From Acidimicrobiia bacterium (GTDB lineage: Bacteria; Actinomycetota; Acidimicrobiia; Acidimicrobiales; Aldehydirespiratoraceae), in NCBI GenBank assembly GCA_022821685.1, contig JAJEDD010000042.1, positions 35,071 to 99,070 on the forward strand: DNA of 64,000 nt, written 5' to 3'. Below, in pieces: positions 20,514 through 28,695 of the stretch; within the stretch, counting starts at the first letter, position 1; each line of letters begins with the position of its first letter. The notes under the pieces are model-generated. The model ran no database searches. It was not told the origin of the DNA and saw only the letters and a list, made by a program, of their open reading frames with translations. A program made the position numbers and the translations under genes.

Positions 20514-21098
20514 CTATTTGGTAATGAAAACGACGTACCAGACACCGAAGTAGCACACCACACACATGTGCCAGTAGAGGGCCGCGGCCTGCACGCCGTG
20601 GGCCAGCTCCCGGCCGAAAGGCCCCATCAGCGAGCGGATGGTGGTCACCGCCACCATAGCCATCCCGCCGATCAGCATGGCGATGAACGAGCCCGTCACC
20701 GCGTAGAACAGCAGCTCGGCCCGCCCGCCGTCGATAGCGAAGGCGGTGTCCTGGTACACGAACCAGAACTGGTTGATCACCGCCGCGCCGAACATCAGCG
20801 TGACCCCCAGTGCGATGAACCCGTGGGGCCGGTCCTCGGTGCGGGCGGCCTGCACCGCCCACTGCACGGTCACGATCGACAGCATCAGCGTCATCATCAT
20901 CATCCCGGCCGGGCCGAGCTCTACGCTGCCGTCGGGGAACCACTCCGCGCCCGCGGCCCGAGCCGCCTGGCGCTGCTGAACATATATCGCCACCAGGGCG
21001 GCGAAGGCCACGAACACCGCGGCCGTCGCCATCAGAACCCCCACCACCACCGTGCGGGGCCGGGTCGCCTCTGCAGCGGGCAGGGCCGTGGTTCTCAC
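20514..21098 (-). CDS. Second, divergent heme-copper oxidase subunit III-like protein
   Basis: FYAVTGSF...ALYWHMCVVCYFGVWYVVF aligns with CtaE FFTLTGFH...GLYWHFVDIVW; GTGA-coupled to upstream gene. Confidence 0.8.
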   Translation of the reverse strand: MRTTALPAAEATRPRTVVVGVLMATAAVFVAFAALVAIYVQQRQAARAAGAEWFPDGSVELGPAGMMMMTLMLSIVTVQWAVQAARTEDRPHGFIALGVTLMFGAAVINQFWFVYQDTAFAIDGGRAELLFYAVTGSFIAMLIGGMAMVAVTTIRSLMGPFGRELAHGVQAAALYWHMCVVCYFGVWYVVFITK

Positions 21099-22591
21099 GC
21101 TGCCTCGCTTCGGGCCGGGGCGGGTCGCAGCGCCGCCGCGGTCCCGGCCAGCCCGGCCGCCAGCAGCAGCGCTCCGACGAGGTTGACCACGTTGAGCACC
21201 ACGTTGGCGTCCAGCGCCAGGGCCATAAGGTCGCGGGCGTCGGACATGAACCCCGAGATCAGATCGGACAGCACCAGCAGGCTGGCACCTGCGCCCATCA
21301 ACAGCACCGTGCCCCGGCCCACCATGGCCGGCACGGGACGGATCGACAGCCGCTGCGGCCAGGTCATCAGCGCGACCACCCCGGCGACGAGGCCGGCGGC
21401 TACCACGCCGTGGAACACCGCCCAGGTGGCGGCGGTGTCGAGCAGATCGAAGGGCTCGATGACGCGCAGCGCCCCCACCAGCGCCGCCGCGCCGAGGAGC
21501 TTGAGGGCTGCGCCCGCGCCCACCATCCGGGGGTCGAGGAGCCGATCCAGCGACTTGGGGCCTCGCAGCACCAGTTCGGCTGCACCGCCGGCCAGCGCGG
21601 CCACCGGCACTGTCGCAGCCAGCCCGAAGGCCACATACACCAGGCCGTCGCGCAGATCCTGGGGGGCGGTGAAGTAGTCCTGGGACCAGCCGCCCACGGC
21701 CAGCAGCCCGAACAGGCCCACGATGACCGTGACGGCCTCGGGGCGGCTGGAGCGGGATCCGGTGGCGGCCGCCACCGCCTCGAAGGCGATGCCGAGCACC
21801 GGCACGGCCATGAGGTAGACGGCGGGCTGCTCCACCAGCCAGTCGAGCTGGAGCCAGATGTCGGGGCTCTCGGCCCGGCCGAAGGCGATGGCGGGCCGGC
21901 CCCGCAGGTCGGCGTAGATCACCACGATGTTGGCGATGGCCACGGGCAGCGTGAACAGCCAGGCCGCCGCGGCCACCAGCATCGACCAGGCGAATGGCGG
22001 CACCTCCAGCAGGCTCATGCCGCTGCGGCGCAGCGAGATCACGGTGGTGGCCACCGACACCGCGCCCACCAGCAGGGCCACGATCACCATGGCGGTGCCG
22101 AGCAGGGTGAGGGCCATGGCGTCGCTCTCGTTGCCGGTCACCCCGTCGACCGCGCCCCAGCCCCCGCCCGCCAGCACCGACACCACCACGATCAGCGCAC
22201 CGATCAGCCACGACCAGAACGAGGCCAGCGCGGCCCGGGGGAAGGCGAGGTTGCCCGCCCCGACCTGCTGTGGCACCACCGCCATGGCTACGCCGAGCAG
22301 CAGGGGCAGCACCACCAGCAGCATGAACGACACCCGGTACAGGGTCCACATGCGGAAATAGGCGTTGAGGCCGCCGAACATGTCGGCCGGGTCGACGACC
22401 TCGGTCCGCCCCAGCGAGAGCAGCGCCCCGACCACCGAGGTGCCCAGCCCCAGCAGCAGCGACACCACCACGAAGAGCCGGCCGACGGTGGCCGAGTCGC
22501 TGGTGACGAAGGGCTGGGCCAGCGCAGGCACCTCCGACGGGGCCGCGGGGGCGGCCTCCGAGTCGGCGACAGCCGGTTCGGTCAGCGTCAT
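21095..22591 (-). CDS. Degenerate heme-copper oxidase subunit I paralog lacking metal ligands
   Basis: VVPQQVGAGNLAFPR, WLQLDWLVEQPAVY, GGWSQDYF, WAVFHG align to CtaD with His ligands substituted; ORF intact, 498 aa. Confidence 0.85.
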   Translation of the reverse strand: MTLTEPAVADSEAAPAAPSEVPALAQPFVTSDSATVGRLFVVVSLLLGLGTSVVGALLSLGRTEVVDPADMFGGLNAYFRMWTLYRVSFMLLVVLPLLLGVAMAVVPQQVGAGNLAFPRAALASFWSWLIGALIVVVSVLAGGGWGAVDGVTGNESDAMALTLLGTAMVIVALLVGAVSVATTVISLRRSGMSLLEVPPFAWSMLVAAAAWLFTLPVAIANIVVIYADLRGRPAIAFGRAESPDIWLQLDWLVEQPAVYLMAVPVLGIAFEAVAAATGSRSSRPEAVTVIVGLFGLLAVGGWSQDYFTAPQDLRDGLVYVAFGLAATVPVAALAGGAAELVLRGPKSLDRLLDPRMVGAGAALKLLGAAALVGALRVIEPFDLLDTAATWAVFHGVVAAGLVAGVVALMTWPQRLSIRPVPAMVGRGTVLLMGAGASLLVLSDLISGFMSDARDLMALALDANVVLNVVNLVGALLLAAGLAGTAAALRPAPARSEAA

Positions 22592-22610
22592 CGGGAGGCG
22601 ATGCTACACA

Positions 22611-23519
22611 TCACAGGCCGTTGCTAATCAGCACGTCGGCCGCGACCGCGCCGAACAGGATCATCACGTAGGCGTTGGACCAGCCGAACAACCGGATCGA
22701 CCGGGTCGGGTCGGGGCGGCGCAGCACATCGAGGGCCAAGCCCACAAAGCCCGCGCCCGCGATCAGCGCCGCCACCAGGTAGAAGGCGCCCATGTCGGCC
22801 ACCGGCACCAGCACCAGTGTGAACGCCACCAGCACCACCGTGTAGGCGACGATGCGGCGGGCGGTGGTGCGCAGCCCGGCCACCGCGGGAAGCATGGGAA
22901 CCTCCGCGGCCCGGTAGTCGCTGCGATAGCGGATGGCCAGGGCCCAGAAGTGGGGCGGCGTCCAGTAGAAGATCACCGCGAACAGCACCACCGGGGGCCA
23001 GTCGAGCGAGCCCGTGACCGCGGTCCAGCCCACCAGGGTGGGCACCGCGCCGGCCGCGCCCCCGATCACGATGTTGCGTATGGACGTGCGCTTGAGCCAC
23101 AGCGAGTAGACGAACACGTAGAACGCAGCCGCCGACGCGGCCAGAGCCGCCGAAAGCAGGTTGACGAAGGCCCCCAGCCACACGAACGATCCGACGGTGA
23201 GGGCCGATGCGAACACCACCGCCTCGGTCGGCCGGACTGCGCCGGTGACCAGGGGACGGTTGCGGGTGCGATGCATGAGCCGGTCGATGTCGCGGTCGAT
23301 GTACATGTTGAGGGCGTTGGCGCCGCCCGCGGCCATCGCTCCCCCCGCCACGGTGGCCGCCATCAGCCCCAGCGACGGCAGCCCCTGCTCGGCCAGGATC
23401 ATCGACGGAACGGTGGTGACCAGCAGCAACTCCACGATCCGGGGCTTGGTCAGGGCCGCGAAGGCCGCGGCGCGGGCTCGGCGGGGCGCGCGCACCCCGC
23501 CGGTCACGGTTCCGGTCAC
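22611..23519 (-). CDS. ctaB: Heme O synthase (protoheme IX farnesyltransferase)
   Basis: LTKPRI, NMYIDRDIDRLMHRTRNRPL, WTPPHFWAL. Confidence 0.96.
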   Translation of the reverse strand: MTGTVTGGVRAPRRARAAAFAALTKPRIVELLLVTTVPSMILAEQGLPSLGLMAATVAGGAMAAGGANALNMYIDRDIDRLMHRTRNRPLVTGAVRPTEAVVFASALTVGSFVWLGAFVNLLSAALAASAAAFYVFVYSLWLKRTSIRNIVIGGAAGAVPTLVGWTAVTGSLDWPPVVLFAVIFYWTPPHFWALAIRYRSDYRAAEVPMLPAVAGLRTTARRIVAYTVVLVAFTLVLVPVADMGAFYLVAALIAGAGFVGLALDVLRRPDPTRSIRLFGWSNAYVMILFGAVAADVLISNGL

Positions 23520-23570
23520 CCCCGCAGGCTAGGACATCGAGCGGCCCATACGACAGATCGAGCGCCGTCT

Positions 23571-23605
23571 TTCCCGCTCATGTTGGCTGCGCTCACGGGC
23601 CGCTC
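23571..23605 (-). repeat. Dispersed repeat, 3' half, between divergent ctaB and ctaA
   Basis: Reverse complement GAGCGGCCCGTGAGCGCAGCCAACATGAGCGGGAA. Confidence 0.8.
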
Positions 23606-23648
23606 ACAACCCGATCCCACACCGGCCATTTCGCTCTACCATCGACGT

Positions 23649-24725
23649 GTGGCACCGCACGCCTACGCCCGGCTCACCCGGTTCGCTCTGTGGGCGCTGG
23701 CGGCCATCGTCGTGACCGGCGTGTCGGTGCGCCTCACCGGGTCGGGTCTGGGCTGCGAGGACTGGCCCGCCTGCTCCGAGGACCGCTTCGTGGCCGACCT
23801 CGAGTACCACGCCCTGGTGGAGTTCGTGAACCGGCTCTTCACCGGGGTGGTGGCCATCGCGGTGATGGCCGCGGTGCTGGGCTCCTGGCGGCGCCGGCCC
23901 CGGCGGACCGATCTGATTCTGCTGTCGCTGGGACTGGTGGCGGGGGTGCTGGCCCAGGTCGGGCTGGGGGCGCTGCTGGTGCTGTCGGAGCTCGACCCCC
24001 GCTTCACCATGGGTCACTTCCTGCTGTCGATGGTGCTGCTGTGGAACGCAGCCGTGCTCGACGTCCGAGCCCGCCGCGACGCCGAGGCCGCGGCTACGGG
24101 TCTCGGCGATCCCGTCGGTTCGACCGGCTCGGCCCCAGCCGCGCATCGAGTCGATGCCACCACCCGGCTGTTGTTGTGGGCCGTGCTGGCGGTCGGCGGA
24201 GCCCTGCTGGTGACCGGCACCCTGGTCACCGGTGCGGGACCCCACGCCGGCGACAGCCGGGCCGAGCGACTCCCGCTGCTGGTGCGCGAGGTGGCCCGGA
24301 TCCACAGCATCGTCGCACTCTGCCTGCTGGCGTTGGTGGTGTGGGCGTGGTGGCGGCTCAGAGGCCGAGCTTGCGAGGCCGTGGCCCGAGCGGCCCGTGA
24401 GCGCAGCGAACAAGAGCGGGAGATACCCCCCTTCGACGCGAAGCCTCCCCACCTATCCGCGTGGCGGCTCAGAGGCCGAGCGGATAGTCGAGCGGGGCAG
24501 GTCCGCATGGGGCGGATCGCGGTGCTGCTGGTAGTGCAGGGCGCGGTCGGCTACCTGCAGTACTTCACCGGTGTGCCCGCGCTACTGGTGGGAGTGCACG
24601 TGACGCTGGCGTCGATCACCTGGATCGAGATCGTCAAGGCCGCCCACGACCCCGCCACCGGCGCGGCTGCACAGCTGGAGCCCCGTTCGCCCGACGGCGC
24701 GGCCATGATCGGGGCGCGGCCATGA
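23649..24725 (+). CDS. ctaA: Heme A synthase (COX15/CtaA) with an in-frame repeat insertion
   Basis: [47 protein letters not shown]. Confidence 0.9.
   Translation: MAPHAYARLTRFALWALAAIVVTGVSVRLTGSGLGCEDWPACSEDRFVADLEYHALVEFVNRLFTGVVAIAVMAAVLGSWRRRPRRTDLILLSLGLVAGVLAQVGLGALLVLSELDPRFTMGHFLLSMVLLWNAAVLDVRARRDAEAAATGLGDPVGSTGSAPAAHRVDATTRLLLWAVLAVGGALLVTGTLVTGAGPHAGDSRAERLPLLVREVARIHSIVALCLLALVVWAWWRLRGRACEAVARAARERSEQEREIPPFDAKPPHLSAWRLRGRADSRAGQVRMGRIAVLLVVQGAVGYLQYFTGVPALLVGVHVTLASITWIEIVKAAHDPATGAAAQLEPRSPDGAAMIGARP
24361..24421 (+). repeat. Dispersed repeat, full copy inside the ctaA coding sequence
   Basis: GAGGCCGAGCTTGCGAGGCCGTGGCCCGAGCGGCCCGTGAGCGCAGCGAACAAGAGCGGGA. Confidence 0.93.
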
Positions 24726-25126
24726 ACTCGGACACTGCACGGACTCCCGTGAGCGAGAATCGACCGGCCTCACTCCCGCTCATGCTCGCTTCGCTCACGG
24801 GCCGCTCGGGTCACGGCCTCGCAAGCTCGGCCTCCATGAGCGCGCCGGTCACCTCGCCGGTGAAGGACCCGGTGGACGAGACCGTCCGCCGGCCCGACCT
24901 GCCCTGGAAGGTGATCGTGCTCGACGACCCGGTCAACCTGATGTCGTACGTCACCTACGTGTTCCGCAAGTTGTTCGGATATTCGCAGCAGAAGGCCCAC
25001 CGCCTGATGATGCAGGTCCACACCGAGGGCAGGGCCGTGGTGGCGTCGGGTCAGCGGGAGAAGGCCGAGTTCGACGTGTACCGGCTCCACGAGCACGGCC
25101 TGTGGGCCATCCTCGAGCAGGACTGA
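24722..25126 (+). CDS. clpS: Clp protease adaptor ClpS (core begins at ATG 24836; upstream ATGA-coupled in-frame start at 24722)
   Basis: [26 protein letters not shown]...[12 protein letters not shown]...HGLWA. Confidence 0.93.
   Translation: MNSDTARTPVSENRPASLPLMLASLTGRSGHGLASSASMSAPVTSPVKDPVDETVRRPDLPWKVIVLDDPVNLMSYVTYVFRKLFGYSQQKAHRLMMQVHTEGRAVVASGQREKAEFDVYRLHEHGLWAILEQD
24774..24834 (-). repeat. Dispersed repeat, full copy in the clpS 5' region
   Basis: Reverse complement matches the consensus with few substitutions; ends 1 nt before ATG 24836. Confidence 0.9.
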
Positions 25127-25614
25127 TGGCCCGCGGCAGGTTCCGGCTCGGCCCCGACGGCATCACCGTGACCCTGAGCGGCGAGGAGCGATCCGGCCTG
25201 GCCACCGTGCTGGAGCAGTTCCGGCAACTGCTGCTGGAGGGCACCGACGTGTCGATGCTGCGCTTCCAGCCGCCGGTGCACCTCCACGACCGCGAGGCCT
25301 CCGACGAGTTCTGGGACATGGCGGCCGGGCCCCTGCTGCGCCACCGGCTGGAGGCCATCGACGTGGTGGAGGCGGGCCTGGCCGGCGCCGCCCTCGACGA
25401 CGAAGCGGTCTCGGCCTGGATCCAGACCCTCAACAGCCTGCGCCTCTACCTGGGCAACACCCTCGAGGTGGGCGCGGCCACCTTCGATCCGCCTCAGCAG
25501 GGCGAGCGTCCCCAAGAAGCGGCCCGCTACATGCTCTACGAATGGCTGGGCGGCCTGCTCGACCAGCTGGTGGAAGCCGCGGCCGAAACCCTCCCCCCCA
25601 CCACCAACAGCTAG
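25126..25614 (+). CDS. DUF2017-family protein
   Basis: Follows clpS as in other actinobacteria; AWIQTLNSLRLYLG and YEWLGGLLDQLVEA motifs. Confidence 0.75.
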   Translation: MARGRFRLGPDGITVTLSGEERSGLATVLEQFRQLLLEGTDVSMLRFQPPVHLHDREASDEFWDMAAGPLLRHRLEAIDVVEAGLAGAALDDEAVSAWIQTLNSLRLYLGNTLEVGAATFDPPQQGERPQEAARYMLYEWLGGLLDQLVEAAAETLPPTTNS

Positions 25615-25673
25615 CACCAAGCGCGACCGCGAGAGCCTGCCGCGTGAGGCGCTCGGTAGGGTGGGGTGGTTGG

Positions 25674-25746
25674 GCCCCCATCGTCCAGCGGCCTAGGACG
25701 CCGGCCTTTCACGCCGGTAACACGGGTTCGAATCCCGTTGGGGGTG
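25674..25746 (+). tRNA. tRNA-Glu(TTC)
   Basis: Cloverleaf; anticodon arm CCGGC-CTTTCAC-GCCGG; T arm ACGGG-TTCGAAT-CCCGT. Confidence 0.95.
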
Positions 25747-25801
25747 CGAGCAGCGGGCTGGCTCGCTAGCGTTTCGGGTTCCGCACGTCCGTCGTGCACC
25801 C

Positions 25802-25876
25802 GGTCCTGTAGATCAGTCTGGAGTGATCGCCACCCTGTCAAGGTGGAGGCCGCGGGTTCAAATCCCGTCAGGACCG
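25802..25876 (+). tRNA. tRNA-Asp(GTC)
   Basis: Acceptor GGTCCTG/CAGGACC; anticodon arm CCACC-CTGTCAA-GGTGG. Confidence 0.95.
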
Positions 25877-25906
25877 CGTTGTCGCCCTCCGGGGTGGCGA
25901 CAACCC

Positions 25907-25982
25907 GGTCGGGTAGCTCAGTTGGCAGAGCGTCCGCCTGAAAAGCGGAAGGTCCGCGGATCGACGCCGCGCCCGACCACCA
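25907..25982 (+). tRNA. tRNA-Phe(GAA)
   Basis: Acceptor GGTCGGG/CCCGACC, anticodon arm TCCGC-CTGAAAA-GCGGA, encoded CCA. Confidence 0.93.
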
Positions 25983-25988
25983 CCACCA

Positions 25989-26065
25989 GAGGCCGAGCTT
26001 GCGAGGCCGTGGGCTGTGTCGCCTGGGGTTTGGGCGACCCGTGAGCGCAGCGAACAAGCGCGGGA
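25989..26065 (+). repeat. Dispersed repeat, long-spacer subtype, after tRNA-Phe
   Basis: GAGGCCGAGCTTGCGAGGCCGTGGGCTGT...TTGGGCGACCCGTGAGCGCAGCGAACAAGCGCGGGA. Confidence 0.88.
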
Positions 26066-26150
26066 GTGACAACGCCGCACTGCGAGGCGCTTGGGAGCAA
26101 ACCGCGCGTGTTCGAAAGTGCGATCCCAGCAGTCTCGCTAGGGTCTACCC

Positions 26151-28004
26151 ATGGGACAGCTTCGATCGCACACCACCACCCAGGGCCGCAACATGGCCGG
26201 AGCCCGCGCCCTGTGGCGGGCCACCGGCATGACCGACGACGACTTCGACAAGCCGATCGTGGCGATAGCCAACTCCTTCACCCAGTTCGTGCCCGGCCAT
26301 GTGCATCTGCGCAACCTCGGCAAGCTGGTGGCCGACGAGATCGCGGCCGCGGGCGGGGTGGCCAAAGAGTTCAACACCATCGCAGTTGACGACGGCATCG
26401 CCATGGGCCACGGCGGGATGCTCTACAGCCTGCCCAGCCGGGATCTGATCGCCGACTCGGTCGAGTACATGGTCAACGCCCACTGCGCCGACGCGCTGGT
26501 GTGCATATCCAACTGCGACAAGATCACCCCCGGCATGTTGATCGCGGCCATGCGGCTCAACGTGCCCACCGTGTTCGTGTCGGGCGGGCCGATGGAGGCC
26601 GGCAAGACCAAGCTGGCCGGGGTGAGCGTGAAACTCGACCTGATCAACCCGATGATCTCCGCCGGCGACTCCTCGGTCAGCGACGAGGACCTCCTGGAGA
26701 TGGAGCGCTCGGCCTGCCCCACCTGCGGGTCCTGCTCGGGCATGTTCACCGCCAACTCCATGAACTGCCTCACCGAGGCGCTGGGGCTGTCGCTGCCCGG
26801 CAACGGCACGGTGCTGGCCACCCACTCCGACCGCCGGGAGCTGTTCTGCGAGGCGGGCCGGCGGGTGGTGGATCTGGCCCGCCGCTGCTACGAGAAGGAC
26901 GACGAGTCGGTGCTGCCCCGCTCGATCGCCACTAGGACCGCCTTCGAGAACGCCATGCGCCTCGACATCGCCATGGGCGGATCCACCAACACCGTGCTGC
27001 ACATCCTGGCCGCGGCCCGAGAGGGCGAGGTGGACTTCACTATGGCCGACATCGACCGGCTCAGCCGCAGCACCCCCAATATCTGCAAGGTGGCCCCGTC
27101 CACCGCCGAGTTCCACGTCGAGGACGTGCACCGGGCCGGGGGCATCATGGGCATCCTCGGCGAGCTCGACCGGGGCGGGCTGCTCGACACGTCGGTTTCG
27201 ACGGTGCACTCCGCCACCCTGGCCGACGCGCTGGAGGTGTGGGACGTGATGCGCGGCCCCTCCAGCGAGGTGGTCGAGTTCTTCCGGGCCGGACCGGCCG
27301 GCATCCCCACCCAGGAAGCCTTCAGCCAGTCCACCCGCTGGCCGACGCTGGACCTTGACCGCGACCACGGCTGCATCCGCACGGTGGCCAACCCCTACAA
27401 CGCCGACGGCGGGCTGGCCGTGCTCTACGGCAACATCGCGGCCGACGGCTGCATCGTCAAGACCGCCGGCGTGGACGAGTCGATCCTGCGGTTCTCGGGA
27501 CCGGCGAGAGTGTTCGAGAGCCAGGACGAGGCCTGCGACGGGATCCTTGACGAAGAGCACGGGATACAGCCCGGCGACGTGGTGGTGGTGCGCTACGAGG
27601 GTCCCCGCGGCGGCCCCGGCATGCAGGAGATGCTCTATCCCACGTCGTACATCAAGTCCCGCGGGCTGGGCAAACAGTGTGCGCTGCTCACCGACGGCCG
27701 ATTCTCGGGGGGAACGTCGGGCCTGTCGATGGGCCACGCCTCGCCCGAGGCAGCCGAGGGCGGCGCCATCGCACTGGTCCGCGACGGCGACGTCATCGAC
27801 ATCGACATTCCCAACCGCACCGTGAACCTTCGGGTGGACGACGCCGAGCTCGACCGCCGCCGAGCCGCCGAGGACGCCCGCCCCGACGGCTGGAGGCCCC
27901 GCAACCGACAGCGCCAGGTGTCCGCCGCGCTGCGGGCCTACGCGGCCATGGCCACCTCCGCCGACAAGGGCGCAGTGCGCGACGTAGACCGTCTCAGTCC
28001 CTGA
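26151..28004 (+). CDS. ilvD: Dihydroxy-acid dehydratase
   Basis: [42 protein letters not shown]. Confidence 0.97.
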   Translation: MGQLRSHTTTQGRNMAGARALWRATGMTDDDFDKPIVAIANSFTQFVPGHVHLRNLGKLVADEIAAAGGVAKEFNTIAVDDGIAMGHGGMLYSLPSRDLIADSVEYMVNAHCADALVCISNCDKITPGMLIAAMRLNVPTVFVSGGPMEAGKTKLAGVSVKLDLINPMISAGDSSVSDEDLLEMERSACPTCGSCSGMFTANSMNCLTEALGLSLPGNGTVLATHSDRRELFCEAGRRVVDLARRCYEKDDESVLPRSIATRTAFENAMRLDIAMGGSTNTVLHILAAAREGEVDFTMADIDRLSRSTPNICKVAPSTAEFHVEDVHRAGGIMGILGELDRGGLLDTSVSTVHSATLADALEVWDVMRGPSSEVVEFFRAGPAGIPTQEAFSQSTRWPTLDLDRDHGCIRTVANPYNADGGLAVLYGNIAADGCIVKTAGVDESILRFSGPARVFESQDEACDGILDEEHGIQPGDVVVVRYEGPRGGPGMQEMLYPTSYIKSRGLGKQCALLTDGRFSGGTSGLSMGHASPEAAEGGAIALVRDGDVIDIDIPNRTVNLRVDDAELDRRRAAEDARPDGWRPRNRQRQVSAALRAYAAMATSADKGAVRDVDRLSP

Positions 28005-28193
28005 ATCATCCTCACGAGTTAGGATTCGTTTCGCTGGTTATTCGGCGACGATTGTGGGTCCAATTCACACAATCTCTTCGTCTGAATTTGTGCCGAATAA
28101 GACTGATCTACTGGCGTGGTTGTGGCTTATTCGTGATGTAACTATCGTTCGCTTCTTCCCCGACCTAATGACCGTTGAAAGGAAAGCGGACTA

Positions 28194-28595
28194 GTGGTTA
28201 GACAAATGTCAGACGAACACAAGGCGGCCAACGCCAAGGCTCGTTCCGAGAATAGGGCGGTTAGCACCTATCTCGAAGGCCTGGAATCGAACCGGCCCCG
28301 ACCGGGCCGCAGGCGCACCGCCGAGTCCATTCAGAAGCGAATGGAAGCAATCAGCGAAGCCCTCGAGTCGGCCACACCGATACGCCGGGTCCAGCTCATC
28401 CAAGAGCGCATCGATCTTGAGCGGGCCTTGACCGCGCCGGCGGAGATCGTCGATATCAGCGAACTCGAGGACGAATTCGTGTCGGTCGCCGTCTCATACA
28501 GCGGCCGAAAGGGAATCACCTACGCGGCATGGCGCGAGGTGGGAGTTCCTGCCGCAGTGCTCAAGCGAGCCGGCATCTCCCGCGGCGGCGCCTGA
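28194..28595 (+). CDS. Hypothetical basic helical protein, possibly nucleic-acid binding
   Basis: Purine-rich RBS GAAAGGAAAG; RPRPGRRRT basic patch, coiled coil, GITYAAWREVGVPAAVLKRAGI C-terminus. Confidence 0.75.
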   Translation: MVRQMSDEHKAANAKARSENRAVSTYLEGLESNRPRPGRRRTAESIQKRMEAISEALESATPIRRVQLIQERIDLERALTAPAEIVDISELEDEFVSVAVSYSGRKGITYAAWREVGVPAAVLKRAGISRGGA

Positions 28596-28695
28596 CGCAG
28601 AAGCCTCGAATAGAGGGGACCCTCGAGGGTTGGCTCGCGTCAATCCTCTGACAAGGCCACAGAGTTCTGGTCGCTGAAGCGACGGCAGGGGCTCT

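Noticed and set aside
21095-22591. Calling the subunit I paralog a cbb3 oxidase, NO reductase or simple pseudogene
   Set aside because: cbb3 and NOR subunits keep the six His ligands, which are missing here; the ORF is uninterrupted and coupled to its neighbour, unlike a decaying pseudogene
22365-23648. 786-aa ORF suggesting a large N-terminal fusion to CtaA
   Set aside because: The upstream part is antisense to ctaB; CtaA homology and a -10 box support a start at 23649
25878-25904. Hairpin GTTGTCGCC-N9-GGCGACAAC between tRNA-Asp and tRNA-Phe as a terminator
   Set aside because: No U-tract and it sits inside a tRNA cluster; more likely a processing spacer
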